Shown here in pieces: positions 26,115 to 35,412 of a DNA stretch of 37,819 nucleotides. Below the pieces are notes generated by a model that saw nothing but the letters and a program-made list of their open reading frames with translations, did not search any database and was not told the origin of the DNA. This DNA is from a virus (taxonomy: Duplodnaviria > Caudoviricetes): positions 1 through 37,819 of IMG/VR virus record IMGVR_UViG_3300001380_000066; one strand, 5' to 3'. Every line of letters begins with the position of its first letter. The stretch's first letter is position 1. The position numbers and the translations under genes are program-made.

Positions 26115-26687
26115 TTACGCAGGCAATAACGTTCCACTTGGCGTAATAAAATAAGTCGTGCCACCTGTTCTGTAAACAAAAATGCCCGTGCCGATATGAG
26201 TCTTAATGCCGAACTGTCCATCAGCGTTTAGAGCTGTTGATCCGGCACTTGGGGTCAATGAAGGAGTTTCAAACAACGCTGCGTTGAATGTTCCACCAAC
26301 TGAGCGTGATGTACCAATCGTGATATTGTTAAAAGTTCCACCTGAGACTATTCCTGTAGACACTAATGTCCCCATTAAAGTTGAACTACCTGTAATTGCT
26401 GTATTATTGGCAGTACCTAGATTTAAAGTAACATTAGCAATAACAGGTCCTGCGATTGTAACCTCGCCCGTCAAAGGATCAACTGTAAAAAGAATAGTCC
26501 CACCTGTTACAGAATCTAGCTGGGCCAATCCTCCATCTGTAGTCTGCATTGTCCCCTTGGTAACGATATTATTAACAAGACGGCTTTTCTCCACTCTTGT
26601 GTCTTCTGTTAAAGCAGATATGTACTCGGATTTTAATTTAGTTTTACGAAGTTTATTATCAAGGCCCAATTCGTCATAAGCTTGCAT
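26115..26687 (-). CDS. tail needle/spike-like protein
   Basis: beta-rich, Gly/Thr-rich, follows the nozzle gene. Confidence 0.5.
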   Translation of the reverse strand: MQAYDELGLDNKLRKTKLKSEYISALTEDTRVEKSRLVNNIVTKGTMQTTDGGLAQLDSVTGGTILFTVDPLTGEVTIAGPVIANVTLNLGTANNTAITGSSTLMGTLVSTGIVSGGTFNNITIGTSRSVGGTFNAALFETPSLTPSAGSTALNADGQFGIKTHIGTGIFVYRTGGTTYFITPSGTLLPA

Positions 26688-28087
26688 TAGTGCCTACCTT
26701 GTATTTCGTCCCAATCAACCGCAAACCCGTAGAATTGGAATCTAGTATTTAAAGAAGCCTCTGTTACTTTCCAAAAAAGTAATTTTCCTTCCGACCCTTC
26801 ACCAAATCGCATTTCAGAAACACCATCGTTAAATTCCCCCAATGACATCCATCTCTTTTTGGCTTTGGTAAAACTAGACCCAATAGCAACTTGGACATGA
26901 GCTTCGCAGCCAGGGTTACCAAATGCCCAAACATAATTGAATTTCTTATCTGTTTCTGGTGCTCCTAGACTCAAAACCCCTTCCATAACACTCTCAATTG
27001 CTACACCATTATCTGTGGTGTTTGTGCCTCCAAATGTATAACACTGACCAGTTGAATCCGAAAAAATTAATTGTCTATCTCCTGCAGTATCTACGTAAGT
27101 ACCAAAAGCAGTTGGTCTATTGTTAAATTGCCAATTACTCCACTCATCAAGTTGATAATCATATTTCAAAATACACCTGTCAATAGTTTCGTCGGTTAAA
27201 TTATCAGTAACCGTTCCAACGGAATATAAAACGTCATATCTATGTACAATCCCTGGTGCATTGTTAAACACGGTCCCAACCACACCACTACCTGCATCGT
27301 TGTATATTTGTCTCTCAATGGGGTTTGAGACAATCTCCGGCACACCACTACTTGTAGCAAACACACCTTGTCTATTCAAAAGAAATTTAAAATCTTCTAC
27401 CTCTGGAATTGATTTAGTCGTAGGGCCAAGATCTGTTGATAAATCAAATACTGAATAACCATCATAACGATACATATCTCCTGACGTTTTTCCAATCATG
27501 ATTCTGTCTGCTGCTTTAAAAGCAACAAAAGGCGCTCCTCCCCCTGGAATATCAATAGACGATGAATCTGTTGTCCAATCAGTAGGCGTACCCGTAGTAG
27601 CCCAATGGAGCGCAACAGACCCTAGAGCATGAACACGGTCTTGGTAGTGAACGAAAGATGCTGCCAAAGGAGCTGATGTGGTATTGGTAAACGATGTTCC
27701 GTCTGTTGAATGGCGTGTAACAGCCGTGCCATCACCTACCATTAAAAGTGTGCCATGTACACTAACATTGCCAATATTGGCCTCGTTTGCGGTTAATGTA
27801 CCGTTTCCACACACTGTCCACGCCCCTGTGCCTTGTTGGGAATAGAAAAGCGTTCCTCCAGCAAAAGCATAATTCCAAAACTGAGTGCCATTATCACGAG
27901 TCCAATTGAAAATATTTTTAACTTCTGTGCCTAAAGAAGATAAATAAGTATTATATCCAGGGCGTTTTTTACGTGCCCCAATCATATCTGTCTCAACGTT
28001 AACAGAACGGATCATTTCTCCTTCTCTTTGAAGAAAAGGAGATAATTTTAAATTAAGTCCCTGAAGCGAAAAAACACGAGTAATCAT
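26687..28087 (-). CDS. tail nozzle/stabilisation protein (P22 gp10 / T7 gp12-like)
   Basis: NVETD...RKKRPGY start, beta-propeller-like repeats, GAPETDKKF near the C-terminus. Confidence 0.7.
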   Translation of the reverse strand: MITRVFSLQGLNLKLSPFLQREGEMIRSVNVETDMIGARKKRPGYNTYLSSLGTEVKNIFNWTRDNGTQFWNYAFAGGTLFYSQQGTGAWTVCGNGTLTANEANIGNVSVHGTLLMVGDGTAVTRHSTDGTSFTNTTSAPLAASFVHYQDRVHALGSVALHWATTGTPTDWTTDSSSIDIPGGGAPFVAFKAADRIMIGKTSGDMYRYDGYSVFDLSTDLGPTTKSIPEVEDFKFLLNRQGVFATSSGVPEIVSNPIERQIYNDAGSGVVGTVFNNAPGIVHRYDVLYSVGTVTDNLTDETIDRCILKYDYQLDEWSNWQFNNRPTAFGTYVDTAGDRQLIFSDSTGQCYTFGGTNTTDNGVAIESVMEGVLSLGAPETDKKFNYVWAFGNPGCEAHVQVAIGSSFTKAKKRWMSLGEFNDGVSEMRFGEGSEGKLLFWKVTEASLNTRFQFYGFAVDWDEIQGRH

Positions 28088-28090
28088 TCA

Positions 28091-29242
28091 TTAATAAATA
28101 AGATCTTCTTCCCCCGATGTGCTTTCTACCAAATCAATCATATCAATACTTGTCTTGTCTCGTGGGGAAACCTGATCAACAAATTGATTCTTTTGAGAAT
28201 TGGCATTTGCCATATATAAATTAGCTTCCTGAGCCTTACCATCTTTTTGAAGAGCTTGTGAAAGTCCGTAATCTACGAATGACTTGGTGTATCCCCTCAT
28301 AGGAAGAGGTAACTCATCGGTATCATTGATCATTGGTGTTCCTAGACGATAGAACCAAATAACGGCTGTCCCTCCACTACTTGCAGGTTTAATTCTAAAA
28401 ACTGTATCACTTTCCCAATTATGATATGGATGCGAAGAAAGAAATACTTGATTAGGTGCGTATGAAGCAACTGTTTGTTTTGTAGATAGCATATAAGTTG
28501 ATCCATCGTAAGTAACCTCGACACGTCTTGGTTGTTTGAAATCGCCTGTTGTTACTGTTCCAAGCCCTGCTGTTCCAAAAGCTACAGATACAGTCCCCAT
28601 AGCATAATCTTCATTGACAGAAACTAGAGCATTGGTCATCTCGTCTTTCCATTCATTTATCCAGTTATCGACAGTGTTATCGGTAACGAATTCACTATTC
28701 CAAAGTTTAGCTTTAACACGATTTCTAAGATATGAAAGTGAATAGAAAGATGGTGTAATTGTGATCCAATCACTTTCGGTTGAAGTAAGAGGAATTGATG
28801 AATTTCTTAAATAAGTCTTATAAGCATAAGAAACAGAACCTGTAGCATCATCAAAAATAGTGTAAGATTTCTGAGTAGTAGGATCCCAACTATCAGGAGT
28901 AATAGTGACTGTCCCATCGGTCATAACAGTAGCAACACCTGATGTCCCTGTAGTTGAACGTTCAAAAACTACTTGATTCCACTTAACTCCATAAACTGGA
29001 GTATCTGCAGGATGTTCAAATAAAGTGACAGCTGTTACAGTGCCAACAGTTCCACTTGGAGTTCCTGATAATAATCTAACCTCTGCAGTTTCATCACCAG
29101 TTTCACCTATTTGGATAGCCCATGCACTACCAAAACCTGCACTATTTCTAAGTCTTAAAACTGTAGTACCAGCAGCCTCGATATTAGATAAATAAGTCTT
29201 TGGTGCTATTTGAGTTAAATTATTTTCTGCTCTTACAATCAT
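28091..29242 (-). CDS. head-tail adaptor with N-terminal beta-rich extension
   Basis: LSYLRNRVK...VDNWINE...IKPA...DTDELPLP...FVDYGL adaptor pattern. Confidence 0.65.
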   Translation of the reverse strand: MIVRAENNLTQIAPKTYLSNIEAAGTTVLRLRNSAGFGSAWAIQIGETGDETAEVRLLSGTPSGTVGTVTAVTLFEHPADTPVYGVKWNQVVFERSTTGTSGVATVMTDGTVTITPDSWDPTTQKSYTIFDDATGSVSYAYKTYLRNSSIPLTSTESDWITITPSFYSLSYLRNRVKAKLWNSEFVTDNTVDNWINEWKDEMTNALVSVNEDYAMGTVSVAFGTAGLGTVTTGDFKQPRRVEVTYDGSTYMLSTKQTVASYAPNQVFLSSHPYHNWESDTVFRIKPASSGGTAVIWFYRLGTPMINDTDELPLPMRGYTKSFVDYGLSQALQKDGKAQEANLYMANANSQKNQFVDQVSPRDKTSIDMIDLVESTSGEEDLIY

Positions 29243-29251
29243 TTGTTCCTC

Positions 29252-29965
29252 CTACCAAATTTTACTAGATAAACCTGTCATATTTTGCCCTATAAAAGGC
29301 ACGTCGGTGCTATAAGTTGGCGTATTGACCAAGGTTAAAGTGTTCCCATTGACAGTAGAATCAACTGCTGTATTATTTAATTTCCAATAAGCATTTAAGC
29401 TAGTTTCGCTTCCTACAAGCTCTTGTTTATAGGCAGCTAAAATATTAGCTGCTGTTTTAGTTATTGACCATAATCTTACTTCATCGATAATACCATCAAA
29501 AAATCCTGACGCTGCTGTTTGATGATTAGTAGCCCCAATTGCTAACTCACTAGCATTGTTCTGAATTGATGTATCAAGACCTGTCGGAGCACCATCAGCA
29601 ACACCATTTATAAAGAAGGTACAACTACCTTCTGAAGCATCATAGGAAACTGCAACATGAGTCCATACACCTACTGTTAAGGGTGTATTTGAATTTCCTG
29701 CAGGGGCACCAGCTCCATCATCTGAAGGTGTGAAATACATTACATCTCCTGAGTCTGAAATAACCCACTGATAACTTCTTGCTCCTCCGCCAGCATGCCA
29801 TTTAGCAACTATTGTAAATGTAGTTCCTGCAACTGAGGGTAATTGTTCAAGTTTTACCCATGCTTCAAGTGTTAAGTCTCCCGTAATTGACGTACTTGCA
29901 CTATCTGCTGCTGTAGCGTATTGTGATGATGATAATTCAAAATCTAAACTGTTGGTATTTGCCAT
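29252..29965 (-). CDS. LamG/concanavalin-A-like lectin domain virion protein
   Basis: TLEAWVK, WTHVAVSYD, FINGV, GIIDEVRLW and AYWKLN motifs. Confidence 0.88.
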   Translation of the reverse strand: MANTNSLDFELSSSQYATAADSASTSITGDLTLEAWVKLEQLPSVAGTTFTIVAKWHAGGGARSYQWVISDSGDVMYFTPSDDGAGAPAGNSNTPLTVGVWTHVAVSYDASEGSCTFFINGVADGAPTGLDTSIQNNASELAIGATNHQTAASGFFDGIIDEVRLWSITKTAANILAAYKQELVGSETSLNAYWKLNNTAVDSTVNGNTLTLVNTPTYSTDVPFIGQNMTGLSSKIW

Positions 29966-29984
29966 TTAGGTTATTGTAATAGAC

Positions 29985-30575
29985 TCAGTCGATGTAGCCC
30001 GCTCCCCAAATTCCAATTACTCCCGTGCCAGATTGATTAAATACTAAGGCAGATCCACTAACTGTTCTCATAGGAGGATTAAGAGGCATAGCAGCAATTC
30101 CACCATTTGCAGCAAAAGTCCACGTTCCACCTAAAGGAATAGTTGGTGTTCCTGAAGCGACTGAAACCCGTCCTGCTGATTCAACAGAAACTATTAAAGA
30201 TGTAAGAAATATCTGTGATCCTGCAACAGCGGCTCTTAATGTTCCTGTAGCTGTACCTGTCAAAGTAGCTGACCCTACCCATTCATCGCCATGCCTAAGG
30301 CCAATATCTAAAACTGTACCAACTGATATTGTTCCAATACCAAGTGCTGTGATAGTCCCACCATTAACCCTAGTTATAGTACCAGCTGCGACATTAGCAA
30401 CTGAGGTTACTGTTCCCGCAGCGAGATTAGTAACTGCATCAATTGTGCCTGTAAAAGGCGAAGATAATCCATCCGCCCCCTTATCAATTTTTACTCTAGG
30501 GTAATAAACTGATGAAATATCATCAGCTGCTACTGTTATCCCCGTTCCCTGACTAACGTTGAAATTATCGGCCGT
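29985..30575 (-). CDS. tail-fibre-like protein, 196 aa, apparent ACG start codon
   Basis: GGAGGT-5nt-ACG GCC GAT AAT; frame open 104 codons upstream of the ORF-track start; in-frame TAA two codons before the ACG. Confidence 0.75.
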   Translation of the reverse strand, partial: TADNFNVSQGTGITVAADDISSVYYPRVKIDKGADGLSSPFTGTIDAVTNLAAGTVTSVANVAAGTITRVNGGTITALGIGTISVGTVLDIGLRHGDEWVGSATLTGTATGTLRAAVAGSQIFLTSLIVSVESAGRVSVASGTPTIPLGGTWTFAANGGIAAMPLNPPMRTVSGSALVFNQSGTGVIGIWGAGYID

Positions 30576-31188
30576 GTTTTACCTCCCTAGTTTTGAAATT
30601 ACTCCAGTTGTTTCTCTCAGCCATTTTTCTTTTAAAAGTAATTTCATAATGACATTCAATACATAAAGTTCGTCCATTGTTTACATCTAATCTTAACTCG
30701 GGATGTTTTGCGAATGACTTAATATGATCTGCGTGTAGATAGCCACCAACCTGATCACAAATCTGACATGTATAATTATCTCGTTCAAAAACTTTAGTTC
30801 TCCATTCATCATATTCAAGGGAATTTCTTATTAAATGAGTGATTGGTGTAACTCCCCCTCTCCAATTCGGAGTATCTTTTCCTTTTAACCCACTGAACCA
30901 AGATGGTTTACCAATACGACTTTTATTAGAACATTGTTTAGAACAATAGCTCCCTCCCCTTTCATACTTTTTAATTTGTGATAAAAAAGTACGAAATTCT
31001 TTTTTACATATAAGACAAGTATGCAGTAATCGCTCACCTTTGTTCAAAGGCACTTGTCCTTTCTTAAATTGTGTTTTTGGGGAATTATGTTTTCCTTTCA
31101 TGATTAAACTTATTTTTTTCCCAAACGAAGCAGGCATCTTTATCCCTTTATTCCAAGGTGTTTGGCCTTTTTGAAATTGTGTATTCAC
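30565..31188 (-). CDS. HNH endonuclease with NUMOD-type repeats
   Basis: FQKGQTPWNKG, VFERDNYTCQIC, ADHIK, NNGRTLCIECH. Confidence 0.9.
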   Translation of the reverse strand: MNTQFQKGQTPWNKGIKMPASFGKKISLIMKGKHNSPKTQFKKGQVPLNKGERLLHTCLICKKEFRTFLSQIKKYERGGSYCSKQCSNKSRIGKPSWFSGLKGKDTPNWRGGVTPITHLIRNSLEYDEWRTKVFERDNYTCQICDQVGGYLHADHIKSFAKHPELRLDVNNGRTLCIECHYEITFKRKMAERNNWSNFKTREVKHGR

Positions 31189-31430
31189 TATCCTGCCCGT
31201 CCTCCACGGGGCTGGGTGAAGGTTACTGTCCCTGCCACAGTATAAGTCAAAACTGGTATACCCATATAATGTCCTACTAAAAAAACACTATTCACTGTTT
31301 CTTCCTCATTAAAATCATCGTCATTAATAGATCCTTTTGGTTTTGCATCAAAGGTATTTGAATTCGTAGGTAATTCATTTCTAACCTGTCCTTTAGGCTT
31401 AGAGTCAAAAACATCAAAGATTTTTGGCAT
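31188..31430 (-). CDS. hypothetical protein with internal FDxKPKG duplication
   Basis: FDSKPKG / FDAKPKG. Confidence 0.6.
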   Translation of the reverse strand: MPKIFDVFDSKPKGQVRNELPTNSNTFDAKPKGSINDDDFNEEETVNSVFLVGHYMGIPVLTYTVAGTVTFTQPRGGRAG

Positions 31431-31443
31431 TTTAAAGCGTCTT

Positions 31444-31737
31444 TTAAGACCAAGTTACTCCAGCCTGAATAGTTCCTGTAACTGTAGTGACAATCCCATT
31501 ATTAAAATTTACATTCAATGGATATACTGCTGGTGCGGTGACTGAAAGGAAAGGGATCGTCAATAATAAATTTCCCGCTGCTGTTCCTGCTGCCGTTGCA
31601 GAATTATAGACCTCAAGTGTTCCATTGCCTGTGCCTCTTACAACCAGATTCCTGAGACTAGACTGTTGACCAGTAACTAAAGTAGTTGCTGCAGCACCAA
31701 TCGATGTAAAACTATCACCCTGAATATTGTCCGCCAT
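31444..31737 (-). CDS. small beta-rich virion protein
   Basis: LRNLVV...LEVYNS...FNNGI...VTW, Gly/Thr-rich. Confidence 0.65.
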   Translation of the reverse strand: MADNIQGDSFTSIGAAATTLVTGQQSSLRNLVVRGTGNGTLEVYNSATAAGTAAGNLLLTIPFLSVTAPAVYPLNVNFNNGIVTTVTGTIQAGVTWS

Positions 31738-32362
31738 TAAAAATTAGTCCTTTCCCCTCGTGTATTAAGTCATTAGGGCTTAGAGGTAAATACGAGGTAG
31801 TTTTGGTATGCTTTTTTGTATTGCAAGATATACATAACGGTTGAATATTGGATATTTGATCTGATCCCCCCATAGAAAGTGGGATAATATGATCTTCAGA
31901 TAGTTTAATCTCTGGTTCAAATTTTTTGCAACAAAGACACATAAAGTTGTACTTTACTTTTAATTGTACCCATTGATTAAAAGTGTGCTTGCCAATAGCA
32001 TTACGTTTTCTAGCTTTATACCTCTGGTTGTGAAATCTCTTTAGTTCTAAGTTAACCGTTTTTAGATTATTCAAACTGTGATAAGTTCTATCAACTTTTA
32101 CATGATTAGCCCATCTCTTTAGTGCGCCCAATTTACCTCTTCTGCTTAATTCTTTAACTGAAACTAGCCCTTTATGCGCAAGACTAAGATTTTTACGCCA
32201 TTCTTCCGAAACCAGTTGTCCTTTATGTTTCAAACTGATTTTTCTTTTAGTTTCCTCAGAATGCCTACGATTAAAACCAATCAAAGATAACCGTTTCTTC
32301 TCTTCAAACCATTCAGGTTTTTTCCCCTTCACGAATTGCCCTTTAGAATTTCTGAATTCCAT
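31715..32362 (-). CDS. NUMOD3 plus HNH endonuclease
   Basis: HSEETKRKIS, DHIIPLSMGG...NIQPLCISCN; AAAGGAG before ATG 32362. Confidence 0.9.
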   Translation of the reverse strand: MEFRNSKGQFVKGKKPEWFEEKKRLSLIGFNRRHSEETKRKISLKHKGQLVSEEWRKNLSLAHKGLVSVKELSRRGKLGALKRWANHVKVDRTYHSLNNLKTVNLELKRFHNQRYKARKRNAIGKHTFNQWVQLKVKYNFMCLCCKKFEPEIKLSEDHIIPLSMGGSDQISNIQPLCISCNTKKHTKTTSYLPLSPNDLIHEGKGLIFNGGQYSG

Positions 32363-32380
32363 AATATTCTCCTTTCTCAT

Positions 32381-32461
32381 CACAAAAAAAGAAGGCAAAA
32401 AACGCCTTCTTTAATCGTTTGACTTAACTTATATTTTAGAAGTTTGTATTGGTGTCGTCAA
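32381..32461 (-). promoter_or_regulatory. promoter plus leader terminator (copy D)
   Basis: TTGACG-17-TAAAAT, AAAGAAGGC/GCCTTCTTT hairpin and T-tract. Confidence 0.78.
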
Positions 32462-33649
32462 CTTTGGTAATAATTTCTCTTGTAGATCAAGAAACAATGG
32501 GAGCCATCTTTCTTCAAAGATTGTATCTATATTAAAGTTTTTATCTACATTATCCCGACAGTCTTTTTTAACCTGGTCTGGGTTTTCTTTAACCATTTGA
32601 TAGACATCTTCCATTGAATTGTAAACTTTATCAACATCTGCAGGATGCCAGAATGTAAGCCCGCTGGTCCATCTTTTTTTCTGTGTAGGAGCAATTGAGC
32701 CTGTTTTCCCATCTACCACAAGTTCCGGCATGCTATGTGTTCCATTTACAACCACAGGAACTCCACACGATTCTGCCTCCACAACCGTTAAACCAAACCC
32801 TTCCGTTTGTGAAGGGTGTAAAAGGCCATCAAAAGCATTAAACAACCACACCATATCGTCACGTGTGCAAAATATTGAGGCGAATAACTGATCTGACATA
32901 TATACACGGTGATTAATTTTTAAATAAGTAGCATATTCCATAATTGGGAAGTTCCCTGGTGCGATTTGTTGGGTATGTACCATAAGTGCTGCCTCAGGAT
33001 GTTTATCGTAAAACATTTTAAACGCATCTAGGGCCTCCTCAAAGCCCTTACGAGGCGGGTTCTCTTTATTAGCTGCTATCATCCCCCATATAAAAGCATC
33101 TTGAGGCAGCCCATATTTCTTTCTGGCTTCTTCCTTGCTTCGAATATTTAACTCATTCATATCCACACCCTCATAAATCATCTCTGAAGCAAAACCATGC
33201 CTTGCTAACTCTTTTTGCCCAAACTTACTAAATGTAATTATTTTGTCAGCATAGGGTAACTTTTGAAGAACTCCAGGTGGAACAGGTGAAGCATCAATAG
33301 GCATATAAAACCATAATTTTCTGCCCGCATTCTTAATCTGTTGAAGAAAATTAGGATCAAGCACCCATACGTCAATCATTGTAATTACAACATGAGCATT
33401 AAAATGTTGTGCCCCATAAAAGTATGAATCTGAACCGTGAGGGTCGTTAATAGATGGATACATCCGTAGTCCGTTGTAATCGATCCAATGCCCAATGAGG
33501 CCAGCCTTGGCAGCCTGAGCAGTTGGGAAGCCTTCTTTTAAAAGTCGACGCATCAACCATGAAAGCTCTACGGCATATCCCGAAGCGCTAAATTCTGCAT
33601 CACCACCAAAAATTATGCGTAAATCTCGGCGTTTATTTGGGGGTTTCAT
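32429..33649 (-). CDS. GT4-family (GT-B) glycosyltransferase
   Basis: SGYA, RKG, PSQTEGFGLTVVEAESCGVPVV. Confidence 0.9.
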   Translation of the reverse strand: MKPPNKRRDLRIIFGGDAEFSASGYAVELSWLMRRLLKEGFPTAQAAKAGLIGHWIDYNGLRMYPSINDPHGSDSYFYGAQHFNAHVVITMIDVWVLDPNFLQQIKNAGRKLWFYMPIDASPVPPGVLQKLPYADKIITFSKFGQKELARHGFASEMIYEGVDMNELNIRSKEEARKKYGLPQDAFIWGMIAANKENPPRKGFEEALDAFKMFYDKHPEAALMVHTQQIAPGNFPIMEYATYLKINHRVYMSDQLFASIFCTRDDMVWLFNAFDGLLHPSQTEGFGLTVVEAESCGVPVVVNGTHSMPELVVDGKTGSIAPTQKKRWTSGLTFWHPADVDKVYNSMEDVYQMVKENPDQVKKDCRDNVDKNFNIDTIFEERWLPLFLDLQEKLLPKLTTPIQTSKI

Positions 33650-34454
33650 CAGAAATTAAACCTTTTAGATAAGAAGCTACGTCTGCCTGAAACCGTATGT
33701 CAATATCATGAAATTTGGGAGATTGATTACCTCCTGCATAGTGGTAACAAACAATCTCTTTATCCCCATCAATGGGCCAAGGCTCTCGATCATCACCGGA
33801 TTTATCAGGTAGAATTAATTTTCCATCTCTAAGCTCAAACTGAGAACCGTATTGTTTTGAAATTAAATTCCACCATTTATTGTTAGGTTGTCTATCTAAA
33901 AACTTAACTTTGTAATTTCCATAATAAACTAGAATATTCAAAAAATCCTGCTCATAGAATTGATAAACATTCCGTCTTTCAGGCGTACAAAGTTTTAACC
34001 AATGGTCTACAAATTCCTCACTTTTGGCAACCACAAAACCACAATTTACATAATCCATAGCATTAATGTCCCAAACTTGGACAACTTTCCCCATCATGGC
34101 CTGTTGAGTTTGAATTTCACGGGGATTAGCGTTTTGAACCACAGCAACATCAAAATCCCCCTCCCAACAACTTGATATATCACCTGTGATGATCATATCC
34201 GCATCAAGTCTGACTACACATTCATATTCTTGAAGCAAGTCTTTCATAAAAATAGGTGTCATATAAGCCATTTTGAGGTCATTTATGAAGGTAAACCCTC
34301 TCTGAATTGCATCTTGTTGTTTAAAGAATTTAACATCAGCTTTCTTTTTGATATCAGGATTAGTTTTATAAAGAGAATTAAGCATCTTTTTGGCATATTG
34401 CTCGTTTTGAGCATCTAAGCCTGTGGTGAATATACAAAGGGGTTTTTTAATCAT
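33633..34454 (-). CDS. GT8-like (GT-A) glycosyltransferase
   Basis: RLDADMII (DxD), NCGFVV, EQDFLN, HYAGG. Confidence 0.8.
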   Translation of the reverse strand: MIKKPLCIFTTGLDAQNEQYAKKMLNSLYKTNPDIKKKADVKFFKQQDAIQRGFTFINDLKMAYMTPIFMKDLLQEYECVVRLDADMIITGDISSCWEGDFDVAVVQNANPREIQTQQAMMGKVVQVWDINAMDYVNCGFVVAKSEEFVDHWLKLCTPERRNVYQFYEQDFLNILVYYGNYKVKFLDRQPNNKWWNLISKQYGSQFELRDGKLILPDKSGDDREPWPIDGDKEIVCYHYAGGNQSPKFHDIDIRFQADVASYLKGLISDETPK

Positions 34455-34711
34455 GATTCCAATTCTTTCTTTTGTTTCGGTTCTTTCTTTTCTAAGGCTT
34501 TTTTCATAGCCTCAAAAATTTCTAACATTCGTGTGTCAGTCTCTATTTTTACTAAAAATTCATTCTTACTTTGCTGATAATGAATATCATTCTCCTGATG
34601 ATTTTTTTCCTCTTTTTGTATCTCAAGTGAGGCCAGGCACGCTTCATACCAGACTAGATTAGACTTTATCTGATCTATAAAACCTTCAATTATTTCCTTC
34701 CTAGTCCTCAT
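34451..34711 (-). CDS. hypothetical coiled-coil protein
   Basis: 86-aa ORF, ATGA-coupled at both ends. Confidence 0.6.
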   Translation of the reverse strand: MRTRKEIIEGFIDQIKSNLVWYEACLASLEIQKEEKNHQENDIHYQQSKNEFLVKIETDTRMLEIFEAMKKALEKKEPKQKKELES

Positions 34712-34944
34712 GTCCTAATTCTGTTTTGCATCTTAAAAGCAATTCTTAAAACATCAGCAAATATTTGTGTTAGGCGACCTGGTATAAATAAATCTGCCTG
34801 TCTATTTTGTTTAAGATACTTTTTAACTGCTTTATCCAAAAGTATGACTAATTCTTTCTGGTCTGAAGTTAATTTTAGTTTCTCTTTGGCATCTGGAACA
34901 ATTTTCATAGAATTTCTTTTTACCTTCTCTTTTGTGGTAACCAT
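34708..34944 (-). CDS. hypothetical protein
   Basis: 78-aa ORF, ATGA-coupled downstream. Confidence 0.55.
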   Translation of the reverse strand: MVTTKEKVKRNSMKIVPDAKEKLKLTSDQKELVILLDKAVKKYLKQNRQADLFIPGRLTQIFADVLRIAFKMQNRIRT

Positions 34945-35311
34945 GTCTTGCCAATTCTTTATATTTATCTAATTTACCATATTCTTTCCAATAATCCTTA
35001 ACATATAGTTTATACCATTCTTTTTGTCTTTTAGAATCATTTGCTCGTTTAGTCGCTGCTTTGCCTTGTGGTGTTTGTCGCCACGTTTTCATGTACTCTC
35101 TTCGCCAGGCTTTCATTTTAGCTAATTTGTTATACTCAACCTTATATTTACGCATAAGGGATTTATAGCGTTCTCCATGCCTATATGCTTGCCCGTTTTC
35201 GCTTTTTTCCCACTGACGGCATGATTCCTGATGCTTTCTGCGAAATTCTTTATCAAACAACCACCGATATTTATTGTATGAACGGACTTTAGCTTTTTGA
35301 AGTTCAGTCAT
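34832..35311 (-). CDS. very basic K/R/Y/W-rich helical protein
   Basis: repeats like those N-terminal to HNH domains, without a complete nuclease motif. Confidence 0.55.
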   Translation of the reverse strand: MTELQKAKVRSYNKYRWLFDKEFRRKHQESCRQWEKSENGQAYRHGERYKSLMRKYKVEYNKLAKMKAWRREYMKTWRQTPQGKAATKRANDSKRQKEWYKLYVKDYWKEYGKLDKYKELARHGYHKREGKKKFYENCSRCQRETKINFRPERISHTFG

Positions 35312-35410
35312 AAAAATAGTGGCTTCCTATCCGAGAATAAAAAGCCACTAAACTTATTGTGGATATTCTCGGATATATCCAATGTACCAACTAATCTTAA
35401 CTAATGTCAA
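35312..35410 (-). promoter_or_regulatory. promoter plus terminator whose loop is complementary to the leader 5' end
   Basis: TTGACA-18-TACATT; TAGTGGCTT/AAGCCACTA stem; 12-nt match TATCCGAGAATA/TATTCTCGGATA. Confidence 0.7.
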
Positions 35411-35412
35411 GA

